From: an uncultured Pseudomonadota bacterium | GTDB lineage: Bacteria; Pseudomonadota; Alphaproteobacteria; JACZXZ01 | Assembly (NCBI GenBank): GCA_963749075.1 | Contig: CAVVLJ010000016.1 | Coordinates: forward strand, 608,001 to 672,000 | Length of the DNA: 64,000 bases | Direction of reading: 5' to 3' | Part shown: positions 30,895 to 44,326 of the stretch, piece by piece | How the letters are laid out: each line of letters starts with the position of its first letter | Numbering within the stretch: position 1 is the first letter of the stretch | Made by a program: the position numbers and the translations under genes | The notes under the pieces: generated by a model | The model's database searches: none | Seen by the model: only the letters and a program-made list of their open reading frames with translations | What the model was told of the DNA's origin: nothing

Positions 30895-31734
30895 CTAAAT
30901 CATCGGCAAGCTGCGCTTGCGTCCGCGCGGGAAGGCGCTGTCGAGCTCGGCCAGGTCGGCCGCGTCGAGGACGAGGTCGCCGGCCGCCGCATTCTCCGCG
31001 GCGTGCTCGGCCCGCGCCGCCTTGGGGATGGTGAAGACAGCACTCTCGCGGGCGAGGAAGGCGAGTGCCACTTGCCGCGGCGTGGCGCCGTGCTTGGCCG
31101 CGATCGCCTGGAGCGCGCGGCCGCCCGCCGAGCCCGCGCGCGGGAAATTGCCGGAGCCGAACGGGCTATAGGCAACGACGGCCAAGCTGTGGCCAGCGCA
31201 CCAGGGCAGCACCGCATGCTCGATGGCGCGCTCCGCGAGGTGGTAGAGCACCTGGTTGCAGGCGATGCGGCCGGGACCGGCAATGGCGAGCGCCTCTTCC
31301 AGCCCGTCGACGTTGAAGTTGGAGAGGCCCCAGGAGAGAATCTTGCCGCTCTCCTTGAGCGCCTCGAAGGCGGCGATGGTGTCCTTGAGCGGATGGCGGC
31401 CCGGCCAATGGAGGAGATAGCAGTCGAGGCGGTCGGTCTTGAGCCGCTCGAGCGAGCGCTCGCAGGCCTCGAGCGTGCCCTTGCGCGAGGCATTGCTCGG
31501 CCACACCTTGGAGACGAGGAAGAGCCCGTCGCGGCGGCCGGAGATGGCCTCGCCCACGATCTCCTCGACGCGGCCCGAGCCGTACATCTCAGCGGTGTCG
31601 ATGTGGCTCATGCCGAGCTCGATGCCGCGGCGGAGCGCCGTCGCCGCAGCCCGGCTGTCGCGCTCCATGTTCCAGGTGCCCTGGCCGACGACGGCCACCT
31701 TGCGGCCGGTCGGGCCGAATGTGCGGCTTGCCAT
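30895..31734 (-). CDS. Aldo/keto reductase (YeaE-like)
   Basis: GQGTW, IDTAEMYG, LVSKV, DCYLLHW, WGLSNF, AYSPFG, IPKA. Confidence 0.94.
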   Translation of the reverse strand: MASRTFGPTGRKVAVVGQGTWNMERDSRAAATALRRGIELGMSHIDTAEMYGSGRVEEIVGEAISGRRDGLFLVSKVWPSNASRKGTLEACERSLERLKTDRLDCYLLHWPGRHPLKDTIAAFEALKESGKILSWGLSNFNVDGLEEALAIAGPGRIACNQVLYHLAERAIEHAVLPWCAGHSLAVVAYSPFGSGNFPRAGSAGGRALQAIAAKHGATPRQVALAFLARESAVFTIPKAARAEHAAENAAAGDLVLDAADLAELDSAFPRGRKRSLPMI

Positions 31735-32008
31735 GGGGAGCGCCTCCTTTTCCTCTGAGCCGCCCTGCAAGCGACTGCCGGGCGCCGTTTTCTTCGGCGA
31801 TACTCCGCCCCATTCTCGGGAGAAGAGCGGGCCGGCGTCAACCGCGGCACCCCCGCCATGGCGGCCTTGCTGTGGACCGTTCGTTTCATTCCGTCTAGAC
31901 TCGGCCCGAGGGGCGCCTCCCGATCGCAAGGCCGTGCCGAGGCTCGTGACCGGGGCCACGCGTCGCGCCGGGGATGCGTCCGGCGGCAGACGGGAGACGC
32001 CGAGGGAT

Positions 32009-33022
32009 ATGAGCAAGAAGCACTTCGTGGCCGCGGTCGTGGCCGCGGCGCTCGCCGTGGCCGGCCATCATGCTGCGGCGCAGAGCGGCGCCACGGCAGC
32101 CGACAAGGGCCTCAAGAAGATCACCTTCCTCACCAGTTACGTCTTCCACGGCCGCCATACGCCATTTTTCGTGGGCCTCGACAAGGGCTACTACAAGCAG
32201 GCGGGTTTCGCCATCGAGATCGCGCCCGCCACCGGCAGTGGCTCCGTGGTCGCCGCGGTCGACCGCGGCGACGCCGACTTCGGCATGGCGGAGTCGACCG
32301 CGGTGGTGCAGGCCGTCGCGAGGGGCGCCAAGGTCAAGGCCTTCATGGTGTTCATGGACATCACGACGGGCGGGCTCGCCTCGCTCAAGCCCTATCCGAC
32401 GCCGGCATCGATCGGCGCCGCCACGGTGGCCGCCGCGCTCACCGATTCGGCGCGCGTCATCCTGCCGATCATCTACAAGCAGAAGGGCCTCGACCCCGCC
32501 TCCATCCATTGGGAGGCCGCGGATCCCGCCGTCTATTTCTCGCTGCTGCTCGGCGGCAAGGCCGACCTCTTCGCCGCCTCCATCGACGGCGACGTGCCGG
32601 CGCTCATGAAGGTGGCGCAGCCCCAGGGCAAGACCGTGTCGTTCAGCTCCTTCGCCGACTGGGGCTACGACGTGTACGGCTACTTCCTCGTGGCCAGCGC
32701 CGAGCGCATCGCCAAGAGCCCGGCCGAGGTCAAGGCCTTCGCCGCCGCCACCGCCAAGGCGGTGCAGTACTCGATCGCCCATCCCGAGGAGGCCGCCGAG
32801 ATCATGGTCAAGCACAACCCTACCCTCAACTTCGACACCACGGCGGCGCAGTGGAAGCAGTCGGTCAAGGCGATCGAGACGATTTACGAGAAGCAACACG
32901 GCTACGGCGTCGCCACCGACGACCGCGTCCAGCGCACCATCGATCTGGCGCGCCAGGCGCTCAACCTCGACGCGAATCTCGTCCCGGCCGACGTCTACGC
33001 GAGCGGCATGATCGCCAAATAG
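32009..33022 (+). CDS. NMT1/THI5-like ABC substrate-binding protein (orphan)
   Basis: Signal peptide; HTPFFVGLDKGYYKQAG, GSGSVV, ADFG, HPEEAA. Confidence 0.88.
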   Translation: MSKKHFVAAVVAAALAVAGHHAAAQSGATAADKGLKKITFLTSYVFHGRHTPFFVGLDKGYYKQAGFAIEIAPATGSGSVVAAVDRGDADFGMAESTAVVQAVARGAKVKAFMVFMDITTGGLASLKPYPTPASIGAATVAAALTDSARVILPIIYKQKGLDPASIHWEAADPAVYFSLLLGGKADLFAASIDGDVPALMKVAQPQGKTVSFSSFADWGYDVYGYFLVASAERIAKSPAEVKAFAAATAKAVQYSIAHPEEAAEIMVKHNPTLNFDTTAAQWKQSVKAIETIYEKQHGYGVATDDRVQRTIDLARQALNLDANLVPADVYASGMIAK

Positions 33023-33245
33023 CGTCGCCGTGCTGCGGCCGCGGGCGGGCGCGACGCGGACGGCGGCCTTGGGGGCCTGTGACGATGGTCATATTCCGCG
33101 CCGGGAGCCTTGCGCTAGAGGTGGCGACGGCCGCGCCAAGGCCGGTCGCTCCGCCGCGGTGCTCGCAGCGCTGCCGAGGCGCATTGAGGGTGCCATGATT
33201 TGGTGTAGGATGGCGCTGCCGCTAAAAGCACGCCGGGGGTGGATC

Positions 33246-33935
33246 ATGGGCAGCAGGCGTTGGGCCGCCGTGGCCGGCCTTGCCGTCTTCGTCCGCTTGA
33301 CGGTGCCGGCATTCGCCGGCGAGCCCGTGGCGATGGTCGAGGAGGTGACGGGTGCCGCGCCGGGGGTGGAGTTCATGGAATATCTCTCCGAGGGCAAGGT
33401 GATCCATCTCGCTGCCAAGGACACGTTGCTCCTGGACTATTTCCGCTCCTGCGTGCGCGAGAGGATCAGCGGCGGCACCGTCACCATCGGCGCCGAGAAG
33501 AGCAGCGTCGCGGGCGGCACCGTCGAGAGCGAGAAGGTGCAATGCGACGGCGGCCAGTACCGGCTCTCGTCGCGGCAGGCAATGGCTAGCGGCGTCGTGG
33601 TCTACCGCGCCTTGCCGCGGCCGACCGATAACGAGGCCAAGGCGGTCGAGGTCGACCGCACGCTCTACGGCCTGAGCCCGCTCTTCGACCTGGGGGGCAG
33701 TGCCGGCACGCTCGTCGTCGAGCGGGTCGACCGGCGCGGCGAGCGCATCGTGCTCAAGCTCAGGCACTCCGACCTCGTGCGCGGGACGTTCTACGATTTC
33801 GCCGCGCACGGCCAGGCGCTCGCGGCAGGCGGCACCTATCGCGCGAGCAGCAACGGCCGCAGCATCGTTTTCAAGATCGATCCCTCGGCGCAGCCGGGGG
33901 AGGCGGCGCTTGCCGGACGGCTGGTTCGGCTGTGA
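33246..33935 (+). CDS. Secreted hypothetical beta-rich protein with a Cys pair
   Basis: Signal peptide; VAMVEEV...FMEYLSEG...YFRSCVRERISGG...VQCDGG; co-oriented just upstream of the caspase gene. Confidence 0.78.
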   Translation: MGSRRWAAVAGLAVFVRLTVPAFAGEPVAMVEEVTGAAPGVEFMEYLSEGKVIHLAAKDTLLLDYFRSCVRERISGGTVTIGAEKSSVAGGTVESEKVQCDGGQYRLSSRQAMASGVVVYRALPRPTDNEAKAVEVDRTLYGLSPLFDLGGSAGTLVVERVDRRGERIVLKLRHSDLVRGTFYDFAAHGQALAAGGTYRASSNGRSIVFKIDPSAQPGEAALAGRLVRL

Positions 33936-33979
33936 CAGATGCGGCGTCGGCCTAGCGCCGCGCCGCCGGGAGGCGAGCT

Positions 33980-36311
33980 ATGAAACGCCTGGCGTTGCTG
34001 GTTCCGCTCCTTGTGCTCTCGCTGCCGTTGGGTGCTACGCCCGCGGCCGCGCAAGGGAACTTCATCATGCGCTCGCAGACGAACCGCACGGTCGATGCCA
34101 TCCAGAATCAGATCAGGCAGGCGGTGCGGCCGCACCTTGCGGTGCGCAATCCGGCGGGGGCCGTCGAGTCGATCGCCTTGAGCCAGGACGGCAAGCTCCT
34201 CGCCGTCGTCCTTGCCGACAACACGATCCGCGTCTTCGATCTGCAGGCGGGCGTGCAGCGCGCCCGCCTGACCGGCGGCAGGGGCCGCCTGCACGCCGCC
34301 GCGGTGACCGGCGACGACCGCTTCGTGCTGAGCGGCGGCGACGACGGCACGGTCGGCGTGTGGGATGCGGCGACGGGCGCCAAGCTGCGCGACCTCAGCG
34401 GGCACCGCGGCGCCGTGAACGCCATCGTCTCGGCCGCCGACGGCAGCGCCGTGGCGACGGCGGGGGCGGACGGCACGGTCCGCCTGTGGGCGCCGGCAAG
34501 CGGCCAGGCCCTTCGGGTGCTGAGCGGCCACAGCGGTCCCGTGCTCTCCCTCTCGTTCAGTGCGGACGGGCGCACGCTCTTGAGCGGCGGCGCCGACGGC
34601 AAGGCCATCCTGTGGAACCGCGCGGACGGCAAGCCCGAGGAGACGCTCGACGACCACGGCGGCAAGATCGTCGCCGTCGGCTTCGACAACAGCGGCCGCG
34701 GCGTCACCACGGACGAACAGGGCTCCGTGCATATCTGGGGGCAGAGGGGAGCCGGGCCCGCGCGGACCTTCCGCGGCACGCAGCAGGCCGTCGGCGCCGA
34801 GGTCACGGGCGACGGCCGCTACGTCGCGGTGAGCAGCCCCGACGGCCATGCGACGCTGCGCGACATCGAGAGCGGCCGGGTGCTCAAGGAATTCACGGCT
34901 CCCTCCGGCTCGGCGCAAATCGTCGTCGTCGACGTGCAGCGCCAGCGCCTGATCACGGGCGGCGCCGACGGCATGGTGCGCGTGTGGAACCTCGGCAGCG
35001 GCGCCAATCTGGCCCAGATCATCGCCACCTTGGGCGGCTGGGCCGTGCTCGAACTCCCAGGGCCGCTTCGACGGCTCGCAGCAAGGGGTCACCGACGTGG
35101 CGTGGATCGCCAACCAGGCCGCACTGCCGATCGACAATTTTTCGCAGCGCTACTACGAGCCGGGTCTCTTGGCCAAGGATTTCGCGGAGCGCCCTGCCTT
35201 CGCCTCCCAGCCCACGGCGGCGGTCTCCGACGGCATTTTCCTGCCGCCGCAGACCACCATCACGGTGGCGCCGGGCGGGCCCTACCAGCTTGGCCAGGCC
35301 ATCGACGTGACGGTCAACGCCGAGGACCGCGGCGGCAACATCGGCACGATTCGCCTCTTCCACAACGGCAAGCTCGTGCCCGGCGATTTCGCCACCCTGC
35401 ACGACGAAACGCGGAACAACGTCAAGGTGCGCCAGGCGGTCTACCGCGTGCAGCTCACGGCCGGCAGCAACATCTTCGAGGCCCTCGCCGTCAGCGACCA
35501 GGGCATCGACGGCGTGCCGGTGAGCGCCACCGTGACCGCACCCGGCACGCGCGCGCTCCCGACCCTCCATATCGTGACGATCGGCATCAACAAATACAAG
35601 GACGCGAGGCTCGACCTCAACTACGGCGTGCCCGACGCGCTGGCGGTGCTCAAGGCGTTCAACGTCTCGACCGCCTCCGTCTTCGCCAAGATCGTCGAAT
35701 ACCGGCTGACCGACGACGCGGCCAGCCGGCAGAACATCCTCGATCTCATGAAGGGCCTGCGCGGCGTGCGCGCGGACGACGAGGTCGTGATCTTCTACGC
35801 GGGGCACGGCGAGATCTTCAACAACCAGTGGTACCTCATCCCCTACGACGTGAACCTGGCGAGCGACGCCGACGCGGAGCGCAGCAGCATCTCGGCGAGC
35901 GAGCTTCGCGATGCCATCGTCCATATCGGCGCCGAGCGCATCATGATCTTCGTCGATGCCTGCAAGTCGGGCGGCAGCATCGAGACGCTTGCGAGCGCGC
36001 TCGACCGCAAGGTGCTGCGCGAGGTCGCGCGCGAGGCGGGCGTGGCGATCCTCGCCGCGACGCGGCGCGACCAGCTCGCGGCGGAGCTGCCCTCTCTCGG
36101 GCACGGCGCCTTCACCTATGTCGTGCTCGAAGGCCTGGCGGGCCGCGCCGACCGCGATCCCGCCGACGGCCAGATCACCGTGAGCAAGATACTGCGCTAC
36201 TCGATCGAGACGCTGCCGGCCATGACCGAGAAGCTGGGCAGCCTGCCGCAGGTGCCGGTCGCCTACCAGCGCGGCACCGACTTCGTCGTCAAGGCGGGGT
36301 TGGGGGGCTGA
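33980..36311 (+). CDS. Secreted WD40-repeat + Ig-like + caspase (peptidase C14) protein; +1 frameshift at ~35052
   Basis: Signal peptide; WD repeats (GH...SGGDDGTVGVWD, TAGADGTVRLW, SGGADGKAILW, TGGADGMVRVWN); C-terminal FYAGHG and FVDACKSG dyad, GHGAFTY, QVP; deleting one A joins the frames as LDSQGRFDGS. Confidence 0.88.
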
Positions 36312-36336
36312 GCTGAAGGCGGCGAACGCGCGAGCG

Positions 36337-37209
36337 ATGCCCGGCGGCCGTGCGCGCGCGGGTGCGCGGCACCTCGCCTCCGCCCTGATCGCGGCAGAGC
36401 TCGCACTCGGCTTGGCCGGCTGCGCCGCGGCGCGGCGGGAGCAGGCGCTCGCCGAGGCCGAGCGCATCGCGGCGCCCCACGGTCTCAAGCGGCAGCTCAT
36501 CCCGGCGGGCGACTTCACGCTCCTCTCCTATCAGCGTCTCTCTCCCGCCGGCGATGACCGCCTCGTCGTCTATCTCGAGGGCGACGGACTTGCCTGGATC
36601 AACCGCGGCCAGATATCCGACGATCCGACGCCCGAGGATCCGCTGGCCCTGCGCCTCGCGGCCGCGGACGATGCGGCGAGCGTCCTCTATCTCGCGCGGC
36701 CATGCCAGTTCGTCATGGCGAGCCATCCGCGCAACTGCGCGCCGCGCTACTGGTCGACCGCGCGCTACTCGGAGGAGGTCGTCGCCTCCGCCGGCCGGGC
36801 GATCGACCTGGTCGAGGCCGCAGCCGGCAAGCGCAAGCTCGAGCTCGTCGGCTATTCGGGAGGAGGGGTGCTGGCGGCCCTGCTCGCGGCGCGCCGCGAC
36901 GATGTGGTGCGCGTCATCGCGGTGGCGGCCGATCTGGACCTGCCGTCCTGGACCGCATACCATCATTTGACGCCGCTCGCGGAGTCCCTGAACCCGACCG
37001 ACTTCGCGGCACGGCTTGCCCGGGTTCCGCAGGTGATCTTCCTCGGCGAGCGCGACGACGTCGTGCCGCCTTCGGTCGTCCAGCACTACCGGTCGGCCCT
37101 GCCGGCGAGCGCTCCGATCGCGATCGTGCCGCTCGCGGGCTTCTCCCACGACTGCTGCTGGGTGGAGGCATGGCCCGCGCTTCTGCGCAAGGCGCGCGCG
37201 CTACCGTAG
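36337..37209 (+). CDS. Lipoprotein alpha/beta serine hydrolase
   Basis: Lipobox LAGC; YLEGDG, DPTP, YLARPCQ, GYSGGG nucleophile elbow, D(GERDDVV), H(SHDCCW). Confidence 0.85.
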   Translation: MPGGRARAGARHLASALIAAELALGLAGCAAARREQALAEAERIAAPHGLKRQLIPAGDFTLLSYQRLSPAGDDRLVVYLEGDGLAWINRGQISDDPTPEDPLALRLAAADDAASVLYLARPCQFVMASHPRNCAPRYWSTARYSEEVVASAGRAIDLVEAAAGKRKLELVGYSGGGVLAALLAARRDDVVRVIAVAADLDLPSWTAYHHLTPLAESLNPTDFAARLARVPQVIFLGERDDVVPPSVVQHYRSALPASAPIAIVPLAGFSHDCCWVEAWPALLRKARALP

Positions 37210-37222
37210 CCGGGCCGGAAAA

Positions 37223-38587
37223 CTAGAACACGATGCGCAGGTTCGCGGCGGCGACCACGTCCGTGCTGTGGGTGCGTCCCTCCTCGGTCGTGGCGACGAA
37301 GCCCGCCTTGACCTGGTCGGTCAGCTGATAGCGGAAGCCGGCGCCCACGGTCACGCCGAAGCGGCCGGTGCCGTCATGCGGGTCGGTCGTCTCGTAGGCG
37401 AGGGTGAGCGGTATATAAGGCTCGAAGTTGCCCATCGGATAGGCGGCCTCGCCGCCCAGCTTGACCGCGCTATAGTGCACCGTGGTCGGCTGCGTGCCGA
37501 TGAAGGCGGGCGCGCCGTTGTCTGGATTCTCGAGCGCGTAGACATAGCCCAAGAACCCGGTCAGCGAGAACTGGCCGACATCGTAGAAGGCGTTGAAATT
37601 CGTGGCGCCGGTATAGCGGCTCGAGTCGTAGCTCGGCGTGCCGATGACCGCGTTCGACAGCCGCGTGTAGTTGAAGAGCGCGTCGACCGTGAAATGCGAG
37701 CTTATGATGTAGGAGGCATAGGGCCCGAACTGCGCGCCGTCGGCGACGCGCGGTCCGAACATCTTCACGCTCACGTCGGTGCGGACGTAGCCGGCGCTGA
37801 ACCCGACGAGCCAGGTATTTTCGATGTTGTAGTCGACGCCCGCGAGGCCGGTGACGGTGTAGCCCTCGAACGACGAGACCGCGCTGTCGTCGCTGATGTA
37901 GGATCCCGAGCCGTCGACCCAGAAGCCCCACTTGTGATCGGGCGAGCCGGCCAACATGCCGTTATAGATGAGATGCGGCGCCTCCGACTGCTGGTTCGGG
38001 TTTCCCTTGGAGCGGGCGATGTCGCGCGAGATCGACTGGACGCGCGTGGCGATGATCGCCGTCGTCGCATCGACCTGCGAGCGCACGGTCGTCTGCGCAG
38101 CCCCTCTCACGGCGGCCGCGCTGGCGTTGCCCGTCCCCCCGAAGAGCACCGCGATCGGCCCGCATTGGCCGGAGTACGAGCCGCTGCTGGTGATCGTGCA
38201 GTTGAGCGGGCTCGTAATGCCATCGATGGTCTCGGTGCCGATGATGGTCACCGAGTTCGACGTGTTGGAGAAGTTGAACGTGCCGCTGCCGCTGTCTTGG
38301 CCGCTGACGGAGAAAGAGCCCGTCCCGTTCGTGTTGTAATTGACGGTGTAAGTGTCCCCACTGAACGAGCCGGTGAAGCTGCACATCCCGTTCCCGTTGC
38401 AGACTCCGGGGAGGGTCGCCGCCCGCGCGGGGCGATCGGAGGTGCCGAGGACAAGCATGGCGCTTGCGGCAAGGAGGAGGCTGGCGCCGAGCGCAAGACG
38501 CGAGAGGCGCGCCCTTGCGCCCCGGCGCGCCCCGAGTAGGCCGCGCCGCGCCGCGAGATGGCCGGCGCTTCCCCTTGGTCCGCTCAT
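37223..38587 (-). CDS. Autotransporter beta-barrel protein with a short Cys-containing passenger
   Basis: Extended signal peptide, ~90-aa S/G/T/N-rich passenger, linker helix, amphipathic strands (WGFWVDGSG, AGVDY, GFSAGY, PYASY, GAGFRY), C-terminal Phe. Confidence 0.87.
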   Translation of the reverse strand: MSGPRGSAGHLAARRGLLGARRGARARLSRLALGASLLLAASAMLVLGTSDRPARAATLPGVCNGNGMCSFTGSFSGDTYTVNYNTNGTGSFSVSGQDSGSGTFNFSNTSNSVTIIGTETIDGITSPLNCTITSSGSYSGQCGPIAVLFGGTGNASAAAVRGAAQTTVRSQVDATTAIIATRVQSISRDIARSKGNPNQQSEAPHLIYNGMLAGSPDHKWGFWVDGSGSYISDDSAVSSFEGYTVTGLAGVDYNIENTWLVGFSAGYVRTDVSVKMFGPRVADGAQFGPYASYIISSHFTVDALFNYTRLSNAVIGTPSYDSSRYTGATNFNAFYDVGQFSLTGFLGYVYALENPDNGAPAFIGTQPTTVHYSAVKLGGEAAYPMGNFEPYIPLTLAYETTDPHDGTGRFGVTVGAGFRYQLTDQVKAGFVATTEEGRTHSTDVVAAANLRIVF

Positions 38588-38773
38588 GGCTCCCCCCAGA
38601 TTCCAGCGAAACCCGCTTGATATCTAGTACCTAACGCGCCTTTCTCAGTCAACCTCGATTGCGGGACGAGAGAGGCCGCGTTTCCGGCTTGGCCGGGAGC
38701 GGCGGGCAGTATTTGCCCGGAAAACGGCTCGCACCCGGCGCCGGCCGCGGTGCCCCGCCTGTCGGGCGGCGGT

Positions 38774-39054
38774 CTAGAGGGCGGCGAGGAACTGGCGCAG
38801 CCGTTCGAGCTCGTGGTGCAGCGCGCCGCGATCGCCTCCCAGTCATTGGCGCGGCCCGCGCGCTCGATCTCCTCGCACACCTCGGCGAGCACCGCGGCGC
38901 CGGCCATGCGGCTGGCACCCTTGAGGCGGTGGGCTGCCCGCACGCCAGCGCCTCCGGCTGCGAGCGCCTGTGCCAAGCCAAGGCCCGCCAACCGGCGCCG
39001 ATTGCGGCCGGAGCGGCGACGCTTGCTCGGAGGCGTTTCCTGCCCGTCCGGCAT
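38774..39054 (-). pseudogene. Degenerate stand-alone Hpt domain remnant, paralogous to the kinase C-terminus
   Basis: AAHRLKGASRMAGAAVLAEVCEEIERAGRANDWEAIAA, then a frame change to ALHHELERLRQFLAAL*; compare ASHRVKGASRMVGATPLAEVCERIERAGHANDWAAIAA...LRELERLNDYLERL* at ~42905-43082. Confidence 0.75.
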
Positions 39055-39273
39055 GAAGGCTGGCGGTTTCCGGGCCGCCGCGGCGGTACGACTTTGCCGG
39101 AAAGATGGTGCCGTATCGCCGCTCGAAATAGAAGGCGGCCGCAGCGCGCGGCGCCGCCGCCTGCGAATGCAAGCGAGTAGCGACGCGCCATTGCCCCGGC
39201 TTGCACGCCGGGGCGAAGGCCGCGCGGCGCAGCCGGCGGCCGCGGAGCCCGCGATCCCCTCGGCCCGCAATCC

Positions 39274-39301
39274 TTGACACCTCGGGCGGCTCTTATAGAG
39301 T
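39274..39301 (+). promoter_or_regulatory. Putative sigma70 promoter of the hybrid kinase operon
   Basis: TTGACA-N16-TAGAGT upstream of the kinase start. Confidence 0.5.
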
Positions 39302-39353
39302 GGCCTGTACTGGATCACGCGGAAGCACAAGCTGCACCGAGCCTGGGAAGTCA

Positions 39354-43082
<3,729 letters not shown>

Positions 43083-43117
43083 CGTCGCGAGAGGGACCGG
43101 GAGTTCGAGGATGCATC

Positions 43118-44317
43118 ATGGAGATTGAGGTCCTGCGCTTTCTCGTAGCCGAAGATCACGACTTCCAGCGCCGCACGCTGGTGCGCATCCTGACCATGCT
43201 GGGCGCCAAGCACATCGCCGAGGCGAGCGATGGCAAGGCGGCGCTCGAGCTCTTCCGCGACCCCGCCCAGGCCGTCGACATCATCATCAGCGATCTCGAC
43301 ATGCCGGGCATGGACGGCATGGAGCTGATCCGCCATATCGGCGCCGCCGGCATCCCGGTCTCGATGATCCTCTCGAGCGCCGTCGAGCGCTCGCTGCTCT
43401 CCTCGGTCGAGACGATGACGAAGGCATACGGCATCAACCTCCTCGGTGCCATCGAGAAGCCGGTGTCGCCGCGCAAGCTGCGGGCGCTCATCGAGCTGCA
43501 CGAGCCGCCGCGGCCGGCGGCGGAGCGCGCCGCTGCCGCGGCACCCGCCTTCACGCTCGAGGAGATCCGGCACGGCCTGGAGAGCGGCGAGTTCGAGCCC
43601 TTCTTCCAGCCGAAGATCGATCTCGCCAAGGGCTCCGTGGAGGGAGCCGAGGCGCTGGCGCGCTGGCGCCACCCGCAGAAAGGCATCGTCCCGCCCTACG
43701 CCTTCATCTCGCGGCTCGAGGAGAGCGGCCTGATCGACGACCTCACCTGGCTGATGCTGGAGAAATCGGCGCGCTATTGCCGCGACTGGGTGCAGGGCGG
43801 CCTCGACGTCGTCATCTCGGTCAACCTCTCGCTGAAGTCGCTCACCGATACCGACATGGCCGAGCGCGTGGTGCAGATCGTGCGCGGTGAGGGGCTGGAG
43901 CCGCACCACATGGTCCTCGAGGTGACCGAGTCGGCCGCCATGACCGAGGTCGGGAAGGCGCTCGAGAATCTTGCGCGGCTGCGCATGAAGGGCTTCGGGC
44001 TCTCGATCGACGACTACGGCACCGGCTATTCGTCGATGCAGCAGCTCTCGCGCATCGCCTTCACCGAGCTCAAGATCGACCAGTCCTTCGTGATGAGCGC
44101 CACCGAGGTCGAGGCCAGCAGGGTCATCCTCGAATCGAGCCTCGACATGGCGCGCAAGCTCAGGCTGCAGTCCGTGGCCGAGGGCGTCGAGACGCGGGCC
44201 CATTGGGACCTCCTGCGCGAGCTCGGCTGCGACCTGGTGCAGGGTTACTTCGCGGCCAAGCCGATGCCGGCGGCGGATTTCGCGCCGTGGGCAAGGAGCT
44301 GGACGCCGCCCGCTTAG
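43118..44317 (+). CDS. REC-EAL response regulator, c-di-GMP phosphodiesterase (RocR/PvrR-like)
   Basis: EDHDFQR, DLDMPGMDG; FQPK, EALARW, EVTES, DDYGTGYSS, ELKID, AEGVE, QGY. Confidence 0.93.
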   Translation: MEIEVLRFLVAEDHDFQRRTLVRILTMLGAKHIAEASDGKAALELFRDPAQAVDIIISDLDMPGMDGMELIRHIGAAGIPVSMILSSAVERSLLSSVETMTKAYGINLLGAIEKPVSPRKLRALIELHEPPRPAAERAAAAAPAFTLEEIRHGLESGEFEPFFQPKIDLAKGSVEGAEALARWRHPQKGIVPPYAFISRLEESGLIDDLTWLMLEKSARYCRDWVQGGLDVVISVNLSLKSLTDTDMAERVVQIVRGEGLEPHHMVLEVTESAAMTEVGKALENLARLRMKGFGLSIDDYGTGYSSMQQLSRIAFTELKIDQSFVMSATEVEASRVILESSLDMARKLRLQSVAEGVETRAHWDLLRELGCDLVQGYFAAKPMPAADFAPWARSWTPPA

Positions 44318-44326
44318 GCAGCGCCG

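Noticed and set aside
34150-35000. Repeated ggcgccgacggc-type DNA motifs
   Set aside because: Explained by WD40 protein repeats
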